Assembly (NCBI GenBank): GCA_041746255.1
Contig: JBGTHM010000012.1
Span: 1 to 28,994 of the forward strand
Direction: 5' to 3'
From: Fibrobacteria bacterium
Lineage (GTDB): Bacteria; Fibrobacterota; Fibrobacteria; UBA11236
Length of the DNA: 28,994 nucleotides
Shown here: positions 7,756 through 17,124 of the stretch, piece by piece
Position numbering within the stretch: position 1 is the first letter of the stretch
Layout of the letters: each line of letters begins with the position of its first letter
The notes under the pieces: generated by a model
The model's database searches: none
Seen by the model: the letters and a program-made list of their open reading frames with translations, nothing else
Told to the model about the DNA's origin: nothing
Position numbers and translations under genes: made by a program

Positions 7756-8412
7756 ATGAAAATGGCACTAGTACGCGTTGCGAGCTTCACCATCTCGATT
7801 GATGGATACGGAGCAGGTCCGAATCAAAGCATCGACAATCCACTCGGCGTCGGCGGACAGGAGATGCACCAGTGGGTATTCCCGACACGCACGTTGCAGC
7901 GCAACTTGTTCGGCAAGGAGGACGGCACGACCGGGGTTGACGATGACTTCGCCGCGCGTGGCTTCCAGAATATCGGAGCTTGGATCCTGGGAAGGAATAT
8001 GTTCGGACCCGTGCGTGGTCCCTGGCCGGACATGAACTGGAAAGGCTGGTGGGGGAACAACCCGCCCTATCACGTTCCCGTATTCGTCTTGACGCATCAT
8101 GCGCGTCCACCCCTCGAGATGGAAGGCAACACGACGTTCCACTTCATTACGGGAGGTATTCGCGAGGCGCTAGACCGTGCACGCGAGGCGGCCGCCGGAC
8201 GGGACGTGCGGATCGGCGGTGGGCCGAATACGATCCAGCAGTATCTTCGTGAGGGCCTCATTGATGAAATGCACTTAGCTATCGCACCGGTCCTGCTCGG
8301 TGGAGGAGAACTGCTGTTCGGAGGGCTTGACTTGCGGGCTCTGGGATACGAGTGCGTTGAATCCGCAGCCTCGGATAAGGCCACGCACGTGGTGCTACGC
8401 CGCCGCCACTGA
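7756..8412 (+). CDS. Dihydrofolate reductase-fold (RibD C-terminal domain) protein
   Basis: FTISIDGYGAGP, ILGRNMFGP, WWGNNPPYHVPVFVLTHH, VRIGGGPNTIQQYLREGLIDEMHLAIAPVLLGGG. Confidence 0.9.
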   Translation: MKMALVRVASFTISIDGYGAGPNQSIDNPLGVGGQEMHQWVFPTRTLQRNLFGKEDGTTGVDDDFAARGFQNIGAWILGRNMFGPVRGPWPDMNWKGWWGNNPPYHVPVFVLTHHARPPLEMEGNTTFHFITGGIREALDRAREAAAGRDVRIGGGPNTIQQYLREGLIDEMHLAIAPVLLGGGELLFGGLDLRALGYECVESAASDKATHVVLRRRH

Positions 8413-8681
8413 ATGCTACGAGACGTCATCCTTTTGAAATGAATTGGTTTTGAAATAGGCAGAAACTTTTAGGTTAAATCGGCTTTCAATTTGCTTGGTT
8501 AGTCGTATTTTTTTGCCTTAAAGCATATTTTGATGGTTTTTTGGGGAATCCGCCCCCTCACCCTCCCAAGAAGTACCCGAAGCTTATCTTGGCCCGGAAA
8601 TCGTTACTTTTTCTGGGACTCGACGTCTAAACAATGCGGACTGGGATAAAGAATTTTAATTTTCATAAATAGTATTTACCC

Positions 8682-9602
8682 GTGAAACCAAAAACTGTTC
8701 AAAAAATGCCTTTTATAAAAAGTTCGAATTCAGCCGTATACGATCATCTTGAGAGGGTATTCAATACCATTCAATTTATTGAAAAAAACCTGCTGGAAAC
8801 CCTGAACATCGGAACCTTGGCCAAAACCGCCTGCTACGCTCCGTTTCATTACCAAAGAGTTTTCAGGGAAATCACCGGACTCAACCTCATTGAATATGTC
8901 CGAAAAAGAAAACTTACCTTTGCCGCGCATTCGATACTTTCACATTCCGGCAATATGACGGAGATCGGTTGCAAATTGGGTTTTGAAACACAATCCTCTT
9001 TCGGCAGGGCGTTTAAAAGCCAGTATGGCGTCTCCCCCCTTTTGTATAAGGCGAATGGAAAAAATATCTGGTATAACGACACCGAAGTCCTGAAGGATCG
9101 GCAAATCGAATATATGAGTACCGGTGGCGTAACTTTATTGCCTGAGATCGTATTCGAGCCAAGAAAAGTCCTATATGGAATAAAATTCGAACAATTCTCC
9201 GGTCAAAAAACCAACCGGGAAAAAAGGCACGAGCTGAGGGCGTTGTTCGAATCGTTCAACTTGCGGATCGACAAACTCTACCAGGTTGAATTCAGCAACG
9301 ACTTTGATGTCCTCAGCAAAAAAGCCATAGGCTATATCGCGGTAAATTTTGAAAAGAGGTTTCTACCGGAAGCCTTGCTCAACCAGCTGCACGAGTTTGA
9401 GATTCCGGAAGGAACGGTCGCAAGGTTTACCCGAAGAATAACGGACGATTATTGGGCCCAACGCTATATTTTTGAAAACTGGACACGGAAAACCGATCAC
9501 TTACCCACCTATGCGTTCGTCTATTATGAAAAGCAATTAGGGAGCGGGCCGGTTACGACCGATACTATTTCCATTCCAATTCAATTGAGGTTAACGCGGT
9601 GA
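8682..9602 (+). CDS. AraC-family regulator with N-terminal HTH and C-terminal GyrI-like domain
   Basis: FIEKNL...LAKTACYAPFHYQRVFREITG...LGFETQSSFGRAFKSQYGVSP; C-terminal EIPEGTVARF...YIFENW. Start may be ATG 8706. Confidence 0.85.
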   Translation: MKPKTVQKMPFIKSSNSAVYDHLERVFNTIQFIEKNLLETLNIGTLAKTACYAPFHYQRVFREITGLNLIEYVRKRKLTFAAHSILSHSGNMTEIGCKLGFETQSSFGRAFKSQYGVSPLLYKANGKNIWYNDTEVLKDRQIEYMSTGGVTLLPEIVFEPRKVLYGIKFEQFSGQKTNREKRHELRALFESFNLRIDKLYQVEFSNDFDVLSKKAIGYIAVNFEKRFLPEALLNQLHEFEIPEGTVARFTRRITDDYWAQRYIFENWTRKTDHLPTYAFVYYEKQLGSGPVTTDTISIPIQLRLTR

Positions 9603-9749
9603 ACCGCGCCGGGTTGGCTGGTAAAACTTAGACGGAGGGTTCCCAAGATTTTTCCGGCGGGTCGCTGTTCTACGCAAAATCGCTATAGACGATGATTTCC
9701 GGCCGTTTTTCCGCCCGAATCGTGATATTGATGTAAATTTCTCCTCTCT

Positions 9750-10745
9750 ATGGAGTTAAACGCCGGCACCACCTTTATTTGCACTGAACAAGACGCGGGC
9801 AAACGCGCGGACATATTCCTGCACGAACGTCTCGACACCCTCTCGCGCTCCGCCCTGGTGAAATGGATTTCGGACGGCCTGCTCCTGCTCAACGACAAGC
9901 CCTTCAAGAAAAATGCCGTGTTAAACGAAGGCGATCGCATGACGCTCGTCACCCTCCCCGAACCGGAACCGGAAACCCTGGAGCCGGAAGATATTCCCCT
10001 CGACATCGTTTACGAGGATGAAGAACTGTTGGTCATCAATAAACCCAAAGGGCTTATCTGCCACCCGGGCCACGGAGCGCGCCACGGAACCCTGGTACAG
10101 GGACTGCTCCACCATTGCCGCGAACTTTCGTCGGTGGGTGGGCCGATGCGCCCCGGATTGGTCCATCGCCTGGACAAGGATACCAGCGGACTTTTGCTGG
10201 CGGCCAAAAACGACCGCAGCCATTTGCTGCTCGCGCGGCAATTGGAGGAGCGCACCATCAGCCGCGTTTACCACGCCCTGGTCTGGCGGGAGATGGGTGA
10301 CCTGGAAGGTACCCTCGATTTTCCCCTGGGACGGCATTTGCAGGACCCCGTGCGTCGGGCCGTGCGCACCGGCGGAAAAACCGCCATAACGCATTTCAGC
10401 GTATTGGAAAATTACGAGTTGGCCGCCTATCTCGAAGCCCGGCTGCAAACCGGCCGCACCCACCAGATAAGAGTGCATTTTTCGCATGTCGGGCATCCCA
10501 TCGTGGGAGACGTTCCCTATGGCGGCGGACGTGATTATCTCACCAAGGTGACGCCTATATGGCGGCCGCATGCCGCGCGCCTGATCAAACTGTTCCCCAC
10601 TCAAGCCCTGCACGCCCACCGTCTCACCTTCATCCATCCGATGACAGGCCAGCCGCTGACCCTCGAAAGCCCCCTGCCGGAAGAAATGCAGGCGGGTATT
10701 GCGCTGTTGAAGGAATTCGGAGCCCAGCAGAAAAAAAAGGCCTGA
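9750..10745 (+). CDS. rluD: RluA-family 23S rRNA pseudouridine synthase
   Basis: S4 domain, VINKPKGL, RPGLVHRLDKDTSG, LQTGRTHQIRVH, QALHA. Confidence 0.93.
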   Translation: MELNAGTTFICTEQDAGKRADIFLHERLDTLSRSALVKWISDGLLLLNDKPFKKNAVLNEGDRMTLVTLPEPEPETLEPEDIPLDIVYEDEELLVINKPKGLICHPGHGARHGTLVQGLLHHCRELSSVGGPMRPGLVHRLDKDTSGLLLAAKNDRSHLLLARQLEERTISRVYHALVWREMGDLEGTLDFPLGRHLQDPVRRAVRTGGKTAITHFSVLENYELAAYLEARLQTGRTHQIRVHFSHVGHPIVGDVPYGGGRDYLTKVTPIWRPHAARLIKLFPTQALHAHRLTFIHPMTGQPLTLESPLPEEMQAGIALLKEFGAQQKKKA

Positions 10746-10806
10746 GCGGCCGGTGGTAACAACCGCCCATCCATTAACCATACCGATGCCAGGAAAGGAA
10801 ACCCCG

Positions 10807-11709
10807 GTGAAAAAGAAAATTGATTTCGATAAGGCTTTGCTCAAAGGCCGCAAGTGCTACGACCAGGAAGTAGGCGCGTGGTGGGACGCGCAATCCACCA
10901 ATGCCGCGCATCAAAAAGCCTATAAGAATGTATGCGAACATATGGCCAAAGAGCTGAAGGGCCATTCCAAAGCCTCGCCTTTCATTCTCGATTACGCATG
11001 CGGCAACGGCTACCTGCTTTCGCTGCTGGCGCAGCGGCTGCCCAAAGCCCGCATCGTAGCCTTGGATGGATCTTCCAAAATGCTCGGCTTGGCTCAGGCC
11101 CGCTTGGAAAAACTGGGCATCGAGGCTGGTTGGGTTTCCAGCGCGCGCAGCTTCGACTCGAAAGGCCCCCGCGTCCGTCTGGTCCAATGCCAATTGCCCA
11201 ATTTCAAGTTGCCCAAAGGCAAAGCCGATGCCGCGATTTTCCTCTTCCCCAACATCACGTTTTCGTCCAACGATCAGGACGAATACGATCGCAACGGCTA
11301 CAAGAACCGCAAGGACGTGGCCGTATGCACGGTGCTCGCCCGACTGCGGGAAATGGATCCCGAAGATGAAACCGGCGTGAACGTCCCCCAAGAACAATTC
11401 GACTCCCTGATGACCGATAGAGTCATCGCCCGGAATATCCGTCAGGCTTTGCGCAAGGGCGGTACTTGGGTAAAGGTGGACTATGCCAATGCCGCGCGTG
11501 AGGAACTGAGTGAATTGACGCAATGGCGCACACTGTTCTCAGAGGGTGCGCTGGAGAAGCCGATCAAGGAATTGACGTCGGAGCGCTTTTTCTCCTATCA
11601 GGGAAACACCTTCTACCGCAGTTCCGTGATACTGGACGTCTTCGAGCAAACCGGCGATCCCTCGGATAAAACCGGCGGCTATTTCATCTCCGCCTTTAAG
11701 GCGATTTAA
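10807..11709 (+). CDS. Class I SAM-dependent methyltransferase, uncharacterised
   Basis: ILDYACGNG motif I and IVALDGSSKML motif II. GTG 10807 has an AAGGA RBS; ATG 10786 is an alternative start. Confidence 0.78.
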   Translation: MKKKIDFDKALLKGRKCYDQEVGAWWDAQSTNAAHQKAYKNVCEHMAKELKGHSKASPFILDYACGNGYLLSLLAQRLPKARIVALDGSSKMLGLAQARLEKLGIEAGWVSSARSFDSKGPRVRLVQCQLPNFKLPKGKADAAIFLFPNITFSSNDQDEYDRNGYKNRKDVAVCTVLARLREMDPEDETGVNVPQEQFDSLMTDRVIARNIRQALRKGGTWVKVDYANAAREELSELTQWRTLFSEGALEKPIKELTSERFFSYQGNTFYRSSVILDVFEQTGDPSDKTGGYFISAFKAI

Positions 11710-11713
11710 ACGC

Positions 11714-14218
11714 TCAAGCGCTCTCCTCTTTTTTCGCTGCGGTCTTGCCGCGAAATTGCCGCGGAGGAAATTCGAATTTGATTTTTCCTTCCTTCGAGAG
11801 GCTGAGATAGGCGTCAAAAAACCGTCTTGTCTTGGAAGACTGGAAGCTTTTGATCAGTTCGGTCTTGTCTCCGCTTAACATGCGGCGCATATTGTCGCGA
11901 TCGATGGCTTTACCCAGAATGACCTTGTTGACCCGCAGACCCTTCTGGTTATCCTCCTCCAAAGCCGATTCGGAGACGTAGGAGGTCAAGGTTTCGTAGA
12001 CCTTGGCCCCGTCAACGGGCGAAACACCCAGCGGCTCCTGGGTTGTCAAATCCAGCGCCTCGCCGTCGGGTCCGGTATCATTGTCTTCGAAAACGAACTC
12101 CACGCGGTTTTCGTCATTGAACTTGATGACGGCGCTGAAGGGCTTGCCCTGTTTGCTGCGAAATCCTTGCAGAGGTCCCAGACTGCGTTTTTCCAATAAC
12201 TCCTTCACCTCTTCCAGGCTCATCTGGCGCCCACCCAGCATCTTGCGGATCATGATGCTGCCGTCGGCGGATTCATATTTGCTGAAGGTTTCGTAGAAAT
12301 CCTGGCCCTGGAAAGTGAAAGGGGCTTTGGTACGATGGGCGTCTTCGTCGTAACTTTTGATTTTTTCCACGATACGGCGGGTGAATCCCTCGATTTCCCG
12401 CATGAATTCGTCGCGGGTATACACGCCTTTTTCGATGCGATTGAGTTTATGCTCCCATTCACCGGTCAATTCCGCGGAAACCATATCCTCCAATTGCATG
12501 GCCGTAAGCATTTGGAATAAATCGATGCCTTTGGCCGTGGGAAGCAAATCGCGGCCTTCGCGCACCACATATTTGTCGGCAATGAGCCCTTCAATTATCG
12601 CCGCGCGTGTCGCAGGCGTTCCCAGGCCGCGCTCCTTCATGGCTTCGCGCAGTTCTTCATCCTCCACCAACTTGCCCGCGCCTTCCATGATGGAAAGCAA
12701 CGTCGATTCGTTGAGATGGGGTGCGGGCCGGGTGACATCCTCCTTGGATGAAACTTCGCGGGCGAAGTATTCCGCATCCTTGCGTAGGGCCGGCAGCAGG
12801 GATTCTTCTTGTTTGTCGATGCCGTAGATGATTTTCCATCCCGGCTCTTCCAAGACCTTGCCTTCGGTTTTGAAATGCTCATCTTCCACGATGGAGATGC
12901 GGGTGGTGTTGAGAAAGCGCGCCGGTGGGAAGAAAACCGCCAGAAAGCGTTGGGTCACCATTTGGTAAACGCGTTTTTCCGGCTCGCTTAAATCGGTGGG
13001 TATGATGGAAGTGGGAATGATGGCATGGTGATCGGATATACGCGTATTGTCGAATATCCGTTTTTCCAGTCGCACATAGCCCTGCTTGACGGCGATGGCC
13101 GCGAATTTTTTGAATTCGCCCTTGCCCTGTTGCACCATGAGGTCCTTGACATGGTCGAGGTAATCCTCCGGCAGGTATCGGCTATCGGTTCGGGGATAGG
13201 TGAGCGCCTTATGCCGTTCATAAAGCGCTTGGGCGATTCCCAGGGTATTCTTGGCGGAAAAGCCGAAGCGCTGATTGGCCTCGCGCTGCAGGCTGGTCAA
13301 ATCGAATAACGCGGGAGAACTTTGGCTGGAAGGCTTTTGCGTTTCTTCCACATGCGCCGGCTTTCCCTGGCATTTCGCCTGGATCGCTTCGGCTCGTTGC
13401 GCGTCCCAAATCCGTTCGGCGCGCTGATGCTCATCCTCCGCCGACTTTTTGAAATCGGGTTGGAACCAGCGGCCTTTATATTCGTCCTCGGATTTACCCT
13501 GGGTTTGCGGCGCAAAATCGGCGTACACCTCCCAATAGGGACGCGGCACGAACAAATCACGCTCCCTCTCGCGATTGACCAGCATGGAAAGAGTCGGGGT
13601 CTGCACCCTGCCGCAAGGCGTCAGAAAAAACCCTCCGCGCTTCGACTTGTAGCCCGTCAAGGCCCGGGAGCTATTGATGCCTACCAGCCAGTCCGCTTCG
13701 GATCGCGAAACGGCCGCGGCGGCGAGACGGTTCATTTCCTCTTCGCGCCGTAAATGTTCAAAGCCCTCGCGGATGGCGGTCTGGGTCATGCTTTGCAGCC
13801 ACAACCGTTTCATCTGCTTCTTAAGGGGCTTCTCGCCCGTCACATATTGCATGATATAGCGGAAGATGAGTTCGCCCTCGCGACCCGCGTCGCAGGCGTT
13901 CACGATGACGTCCACGTCCTTGCGCTTGATGAGCTTCGCCAGCACCGAAAGTTGGGCTTTGGTTTTCGGCAGGGGCTTGATGGCGAACTTTTCGGGGATG
14001 ATGGGAAGGTTATCCAGCGACCATTCCTTCAGCCTCTCGTCCATCTCTTTCGGATTACAGATGGTCAACAAATGCCCCACCGCATAGGAAACGATATAGT
14101 CATCGCTTTCGTGATGGGTTTTATGACTTTCGAATTTCCCGGGAAGCGCGCGCGCGATATCCTGGGCGACGCTGGGTTTTTCCGCTATGACCAGGGTTTT
14201 CATTTTTTTTTCAGGCAA
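11714..14218 (-). CDS. topB: DNA topoisomerase III with C-terminal repeats
   Basis: LVIAEKPSVA, NACDAGREGELIF, GRVQTPTL, catalytic TYPRTDS, GLGTPATRA, C-terminal GFRSKQGKPFSA and FQSSKTRRFFDAYL. Confidence 0.95.
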   Translation of the reverse strand: MPEKKMKTLVIAEKPSVAQDIARALPGKFESHKTHHESDDYIVSYAVGHLLTICNPKEMDERLKEWSLDNLPIIPEKFAIKPLPKTKAQLSVLAKLIKRKDVDVIVNACDAGREGELIFRYIMQYVTGEKPLKKQMKRLWLQSMTQTAIREGFEHLRREEEMNRLAAAAVSRSEADWLVGINSSRALTGYKSKRGGFFLTPCGRVQTPTLSMLVNRERERDLFVPRPYWEVYADFAPQTQGKSEDEYKGRWFQPDFKKSAEDEHQRAERIWDAQRAEAIQAKCQGKPAHVEETQKPSSQSSPALFDLTSLQREANQRFGFSAKNTLGIAQALYERHKALTYPRTDSRYLPEDYLDHVKDLMVQQGKGEFKKFAAIAVKQGYVRLEKRIFDNTRISDHHAIIPTSIIPTDLSEPEKRVYQMVTQRFLAVFFPPARFLNTTRISIVEDEHFKTEGKVLEEPGWKIIYGIDKQEESLLPALRKDAEYFAREVSSKEDVTRPAPHLNESTLLSIMEGAGKLVEDEELREAMKERGLGTPATRAAIIEGLIADKYVVREGRDLLPTAKGIDLFQMLTAMQLEDMVSAELTGEWEHKLNRIEKGVYTRDEFMREIEGFTRRIVEKIKSYDEDAHRTKAPFTFQGQDFYETFSKYESADGSIMIRKMLGGRQMSLEEVKELLEKRSLGPLQGFRSKQGKPFSAVIKFNDENRVEFVFEDNDTGPDGEALDLTTQEPLGVSPVDGAKVYETLTSYVSESALEEDNQKGLRVNKVILGKAIDRDNMRRMLSGDKTELIKSFQSSKTRRFFDAYLSLSKEGKIKFEFPPRQFRGKTAAKKEESA

Positions 14219-14413
14219 TGTATACGACTGACGATAAGGTTTGTTTATGTGAGGAATTCACAAGCAATTCCTTCCCGACAAGGCGGGAAATGGGGAACTG
14301 GATAAGAATATACAACCGATGAATATATAACAAATCCCCCGGAAATGAAAAACCGGGCAACTTTCCCGTTTCGAGAGGGAGCCTTCGGCCGGATGAAGAC
14401 GAAGCGGAAAGGA

Positions 14414-15202
14414 TTAGAAAAAGGCGCCGGTTTCGAAGCCGTCGACTATTTCATGCAACTCGCCACGCAAGCGGGTTTTGATCAAAGGCCAGTTGCGGGA
14501 CAAAGCATCGGACACCAAGCGGGTATTGTCGGTTCTTTCACCTTTGATACGGAAACCCAGGGCCTGGAAAAGGACGAGATGATCGTATGCGCCATGCACG
14601 GCCTGCAATTCCCTCTCGCCCAGGTCGAGGGTATCCTTTAATTCCGTGAGAGCCGTAATGAGACTGCCCGCATAGCGTTCGTCCTGCAACAGGGAAAAGA
14701 TTTTCCGCCACAAAGGTTTAACGCGCAAAAGTTCGCGTTCGGCCGAAGCCATGCGCATCCTTAAAGAGGACGGCAAGGCTTTGGGGGAAGCCGATTGCAT
14801 TTCCAGAATGTCTTCGGCCGCTTTGAGGGCCTTGGCGATTTCGGGAGAGCCCGTCTCCATCTCCCAAGAGAGGATATGTACCTTCACCGCGCTGCGCGCT
14901 GCGGCATGCTTCAGAAATGCCAGGGCCGAGCGTGAGTCGCAAGTGATTCGGCCGATGTCGAAGATAACCACATGACCTACGCCTTCCGCCTCGGCCCGCG
15001 CTAAAACTTTTTCGAAGCCCGCGCGTATCCGACCCGGCTGGGGAGCCTCGGGATCGGAAACCATTTCCGCTACCTCGAACCCTCTCCGCAAGCAATAGGC
15101 GTTCATATCCAGGAATTGATCTTGAAAACCCAATTCCTCCGGATCTCCGGGGTTGTAGGAGGCGTAAAGCATTGCCAGCATATTTTGGGAAGAGTGGCTC
15201 AA
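14414..15202 (-). CDS. Resolvase/serine-recombinase-like N-terminal domain protein with degenerate active site
   Basis: LYASYNP...QDQ...NAYCLRRGFEVAEMVSD...RAGFEKVL...VVIFDIGRI...VKVHIL...METGSP follows the resolvase pattern; TTG start with GAGGAG RBS. Confidence 0.72.
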   Translation of the reverse strand: MSHSSQNMLAMLYASYNPGDPEELGFQDQFLDMNAYCLRRGFEVAEMVSDPEAPQPGRIRAGFEKVLARAEAEGVGHVVIFDIGRITCDSRSALAFLKHAAARSAVKVHILSWEMETGSPEIAKALKAAEDILEMQSASPKALPSSLRMRMASAERELLRVKPLWRKIFSLLQDERYAGSLITALTELKDTLDLGERELQAVHGAYDHLVLFQALGFRIKGERTDNTRLVSDALSRNWPLIKTRLRGELHEIVDGFETGAFF

Positions 15203-15383
15203 AGTTTCGCTCCTCTAAGGTAAGACAGATGGGTTGGACTCGACCCGACCGGTTATGCCATAATCTTTAATGTCCCCCGGAAAGGGTCGGGAGACGCGTC
15301 GGAATAACATCATGCCCATGTTGTCCAAAAATATATAAACACTCCCGGAATAAGGCCGCCGGTCTCTTTAACATCTCCCCCCT

Positions 15384-16598
15384 ATGACCGCATTTTCCCC
15401 AAAGCTCGAAAGGCCCTCCACCGAGTCCCAGGCGGTAAATCATCCCTTTCTGTTCATCAGCACCGATTTCCCCCCTGCCGTAGGGGGGTTACAGGAATAT
15501 TCCCGCCAAATCGTAGGCGGTATGGGAGGGGCGCTGGCAGAAGTGCATCTGGCCACTCCGGACGCCGTACCCAAGCGTTTACTGCCGCAAAGAAACACTA
15601 GGACCTATCGCCTCGTCCGCGCCAAAGGGCGTGTACAGGTTTTACTTCGCCTTTGGCTCCCCTTTCTGCGAGCCCGGCTTTCCGGAGGTATCCAAGGTCA
15701 ATTGCATATGCAATGGTCGACGGCGGTACTTTCATATTTATGGAACCGGTTGGGCGGCTCCTCCCCTTATGTCGTGCTCATCCATGGGGCGGAATTTTCT
15801 GAAACCGGGCGCCCCGGTTTGCATCGCTGGAAAAAAAGGATTTTTTCCGATGCTGCCGGAGTTGTGGCGGGATCGCAATACACCCTGAAACTATTTCGGG
15901 AACTCGGCTATGCATCACCCCGGGAAATCGTCATTCCTTATGGTAATCCCCTGGAACGGGAGGCTGCGGACGGTGTTAAGACAAGGGTTAATCCCCTTGA
16001 CTCAACCCCACTTCGGTTCCTATGCCTACATCGCCTGGTGGCCCGAAAGGGCACGGCCCTGCTTTTTGAAGCCCTGGCTGAATTCAAGCACCTTCCTTGG
16101 AAATTAACACTGGTCGGCGAAGGACCGGAAAAATCCGCCTTGCAAGAACTGGCCCAAAACCTGGGCTTGCAGGAGCGAATTGAATTTCGGGAACCGGTAT
16201 CGTTGGAGGAGAAGTTACGGCTTTTCTCAGAAGCCTCGTTGTTGCTACTCCCTTCGCTTCCCCGCCGGGAGAACGACCATGTCGAAGGTCTGGGACTGTC
16301 CCTATTGGAAGCCCAATCGTTGGGGGTGCCGGTTTTGGCTGCCCGCACGGGCGGAATACCCGAAGCGGTAGGGGACGGCGAGACCGGCTGGCTATTCACA
16401 GCGGGTGATGCAGAGGATTTAAGGCGCGAACTCAGGAAGATTTTTTCCGCACCGGAGATATTAGCCGCGGCGGGAGCAAAAGGTCCAGCCTGGGTGGGCG
16501 AACGTTTTTCCTGGCCGCGGACCATTCAGGATTTGGAAGCATTCCTGCAAAAAACGGCTCAGGAGTATTTCTCTTCTCCCAGACGTAAGTTGCGGTAA
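15384..16598 (+). CDS. Glycosyltransferase family 4 (GT-B)
   Basis: DFPPAVGGLQ, RLVARKG, LVGEGPE, EGLGLSLLEAQSLGVPVLAARTGGIPEAV. Confidence 0.92.
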   Translation: MTAFSPKLERPSTESQAVNHPFLFISTDFPPAVGGLQEYSRQIVGGMGGALAEVHLATPDAVPKRLLPQRNTRTYRLVRAKGRVQVLLRLWLPFLRARLSGGIQGQLHMQWSTAVLSYLWNRLGGSSPYVVLIHGAEFSETGRPGLHRWKKRIFSDAAGVVAGSQYTLKLFRELGYASPREIVIPYGNPLEREAADGVKTRVNPLDSTPLRFLCLHRLVARKGTALLFEALAEFKHLPWKLTLVGEGPEKSALQELAQNLGLQERIEFREPVSLEEKLRLFSEASLLLLPSLPRRENDHVEGLGLSLLEAQSLGVPVLAARTGGIPEAVGDGETGWLFTAGDAEDLRRELRKIFSAPEILAAAGAKGPAWVGERFSWPRTIQDLEAFLQKTAQEYFSSPRRKLR

Positions 16599-17038
16599 AA
16601 TTCTTCAGGTGTGTCGGAGGTGATCAGGCTTTTGCGTATATCGGCATCGGCCATGATACGGGAAATAGCTGAAAGCGCCCGAATATGCGGCCCCGTGGTG
16701 TTGGCCGGTGAAACAATCAGAAACAGCAGATAAACCGGTTCTTTGTCGATAGCTTCGAAATCGATGCCTCTTTTCACTGAGGCGGCCACCACGCACATCT
16801 TGTCCAGAAAATCGACCTTTCCGTGGGGCACAGCCAGTCCGCAGCCGATTCCAGTCGACATTTTCTCTTCGCGCGAACTGACGGCGGATAGAATTCCGGC
16901 CCGATTTTCAATTTCATAGGCTCGACAAAGCAGATTCACCATCTCTTCGATGATGGCATGCTTGTCCGTGCATTGCGAATCGATAATAATGCACTTTTCG
17001 GAAAATCTTTCGGACAGCCTCATGTTTTGCATATCCAT
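16559..17038 (-). CDS. ptsN: PTS IIA component (EIIA-Ntr/Fru-like)
   Basis: REEKMSTGIGCGLAVPHGK with the phospho-His, GIDFEAIDKEPVYLLFLIVSP, HIRALSAISR. Confidence 0.85.
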   Translation of the reverse strand: MDMQNMRLSERFSEKCIIIDSQCTDKHAIIEEMVNLLCRAYEIENRAGILSAVSSREEKMSTGIGCGLAVPHGKVDFLDKMCVVAASVKRGIDFEAIDKEPVYLLFLIVSPANTTGPHIRALSAISRIMADADIRKSLITSDTPEEFYRNLRLGEEKYS

Positions 17039-17124
17039 CCCTTCAAAAATGCGCGGCCATTCTGCGCCGCTCCCGGAAACCTAACCTGAGAGCGACGGAA
17101 ATTTCCGCGGAAACAGTTCTTAAA

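Noticed and set aside
9921..11523. 310 aa and 249 aa minus-strand ORFs
   Set aside because: Antisense shadows of rluD and the methyltransferase in GC-rich DNA.
14355..14410. GGGCAAC...GGGAGCCTTCGGCC resembling a c-di-GMP-I riboswitch
   Set aside because: Lacks the GNRA loop and CGCAAA junction and is antisense to both flanking genes.
16559..16598. 40-bp convergent overlap of GT4 and PTS IIA genes
   Set aside because: Short 3' overlaps are common and carry no evident special signal.
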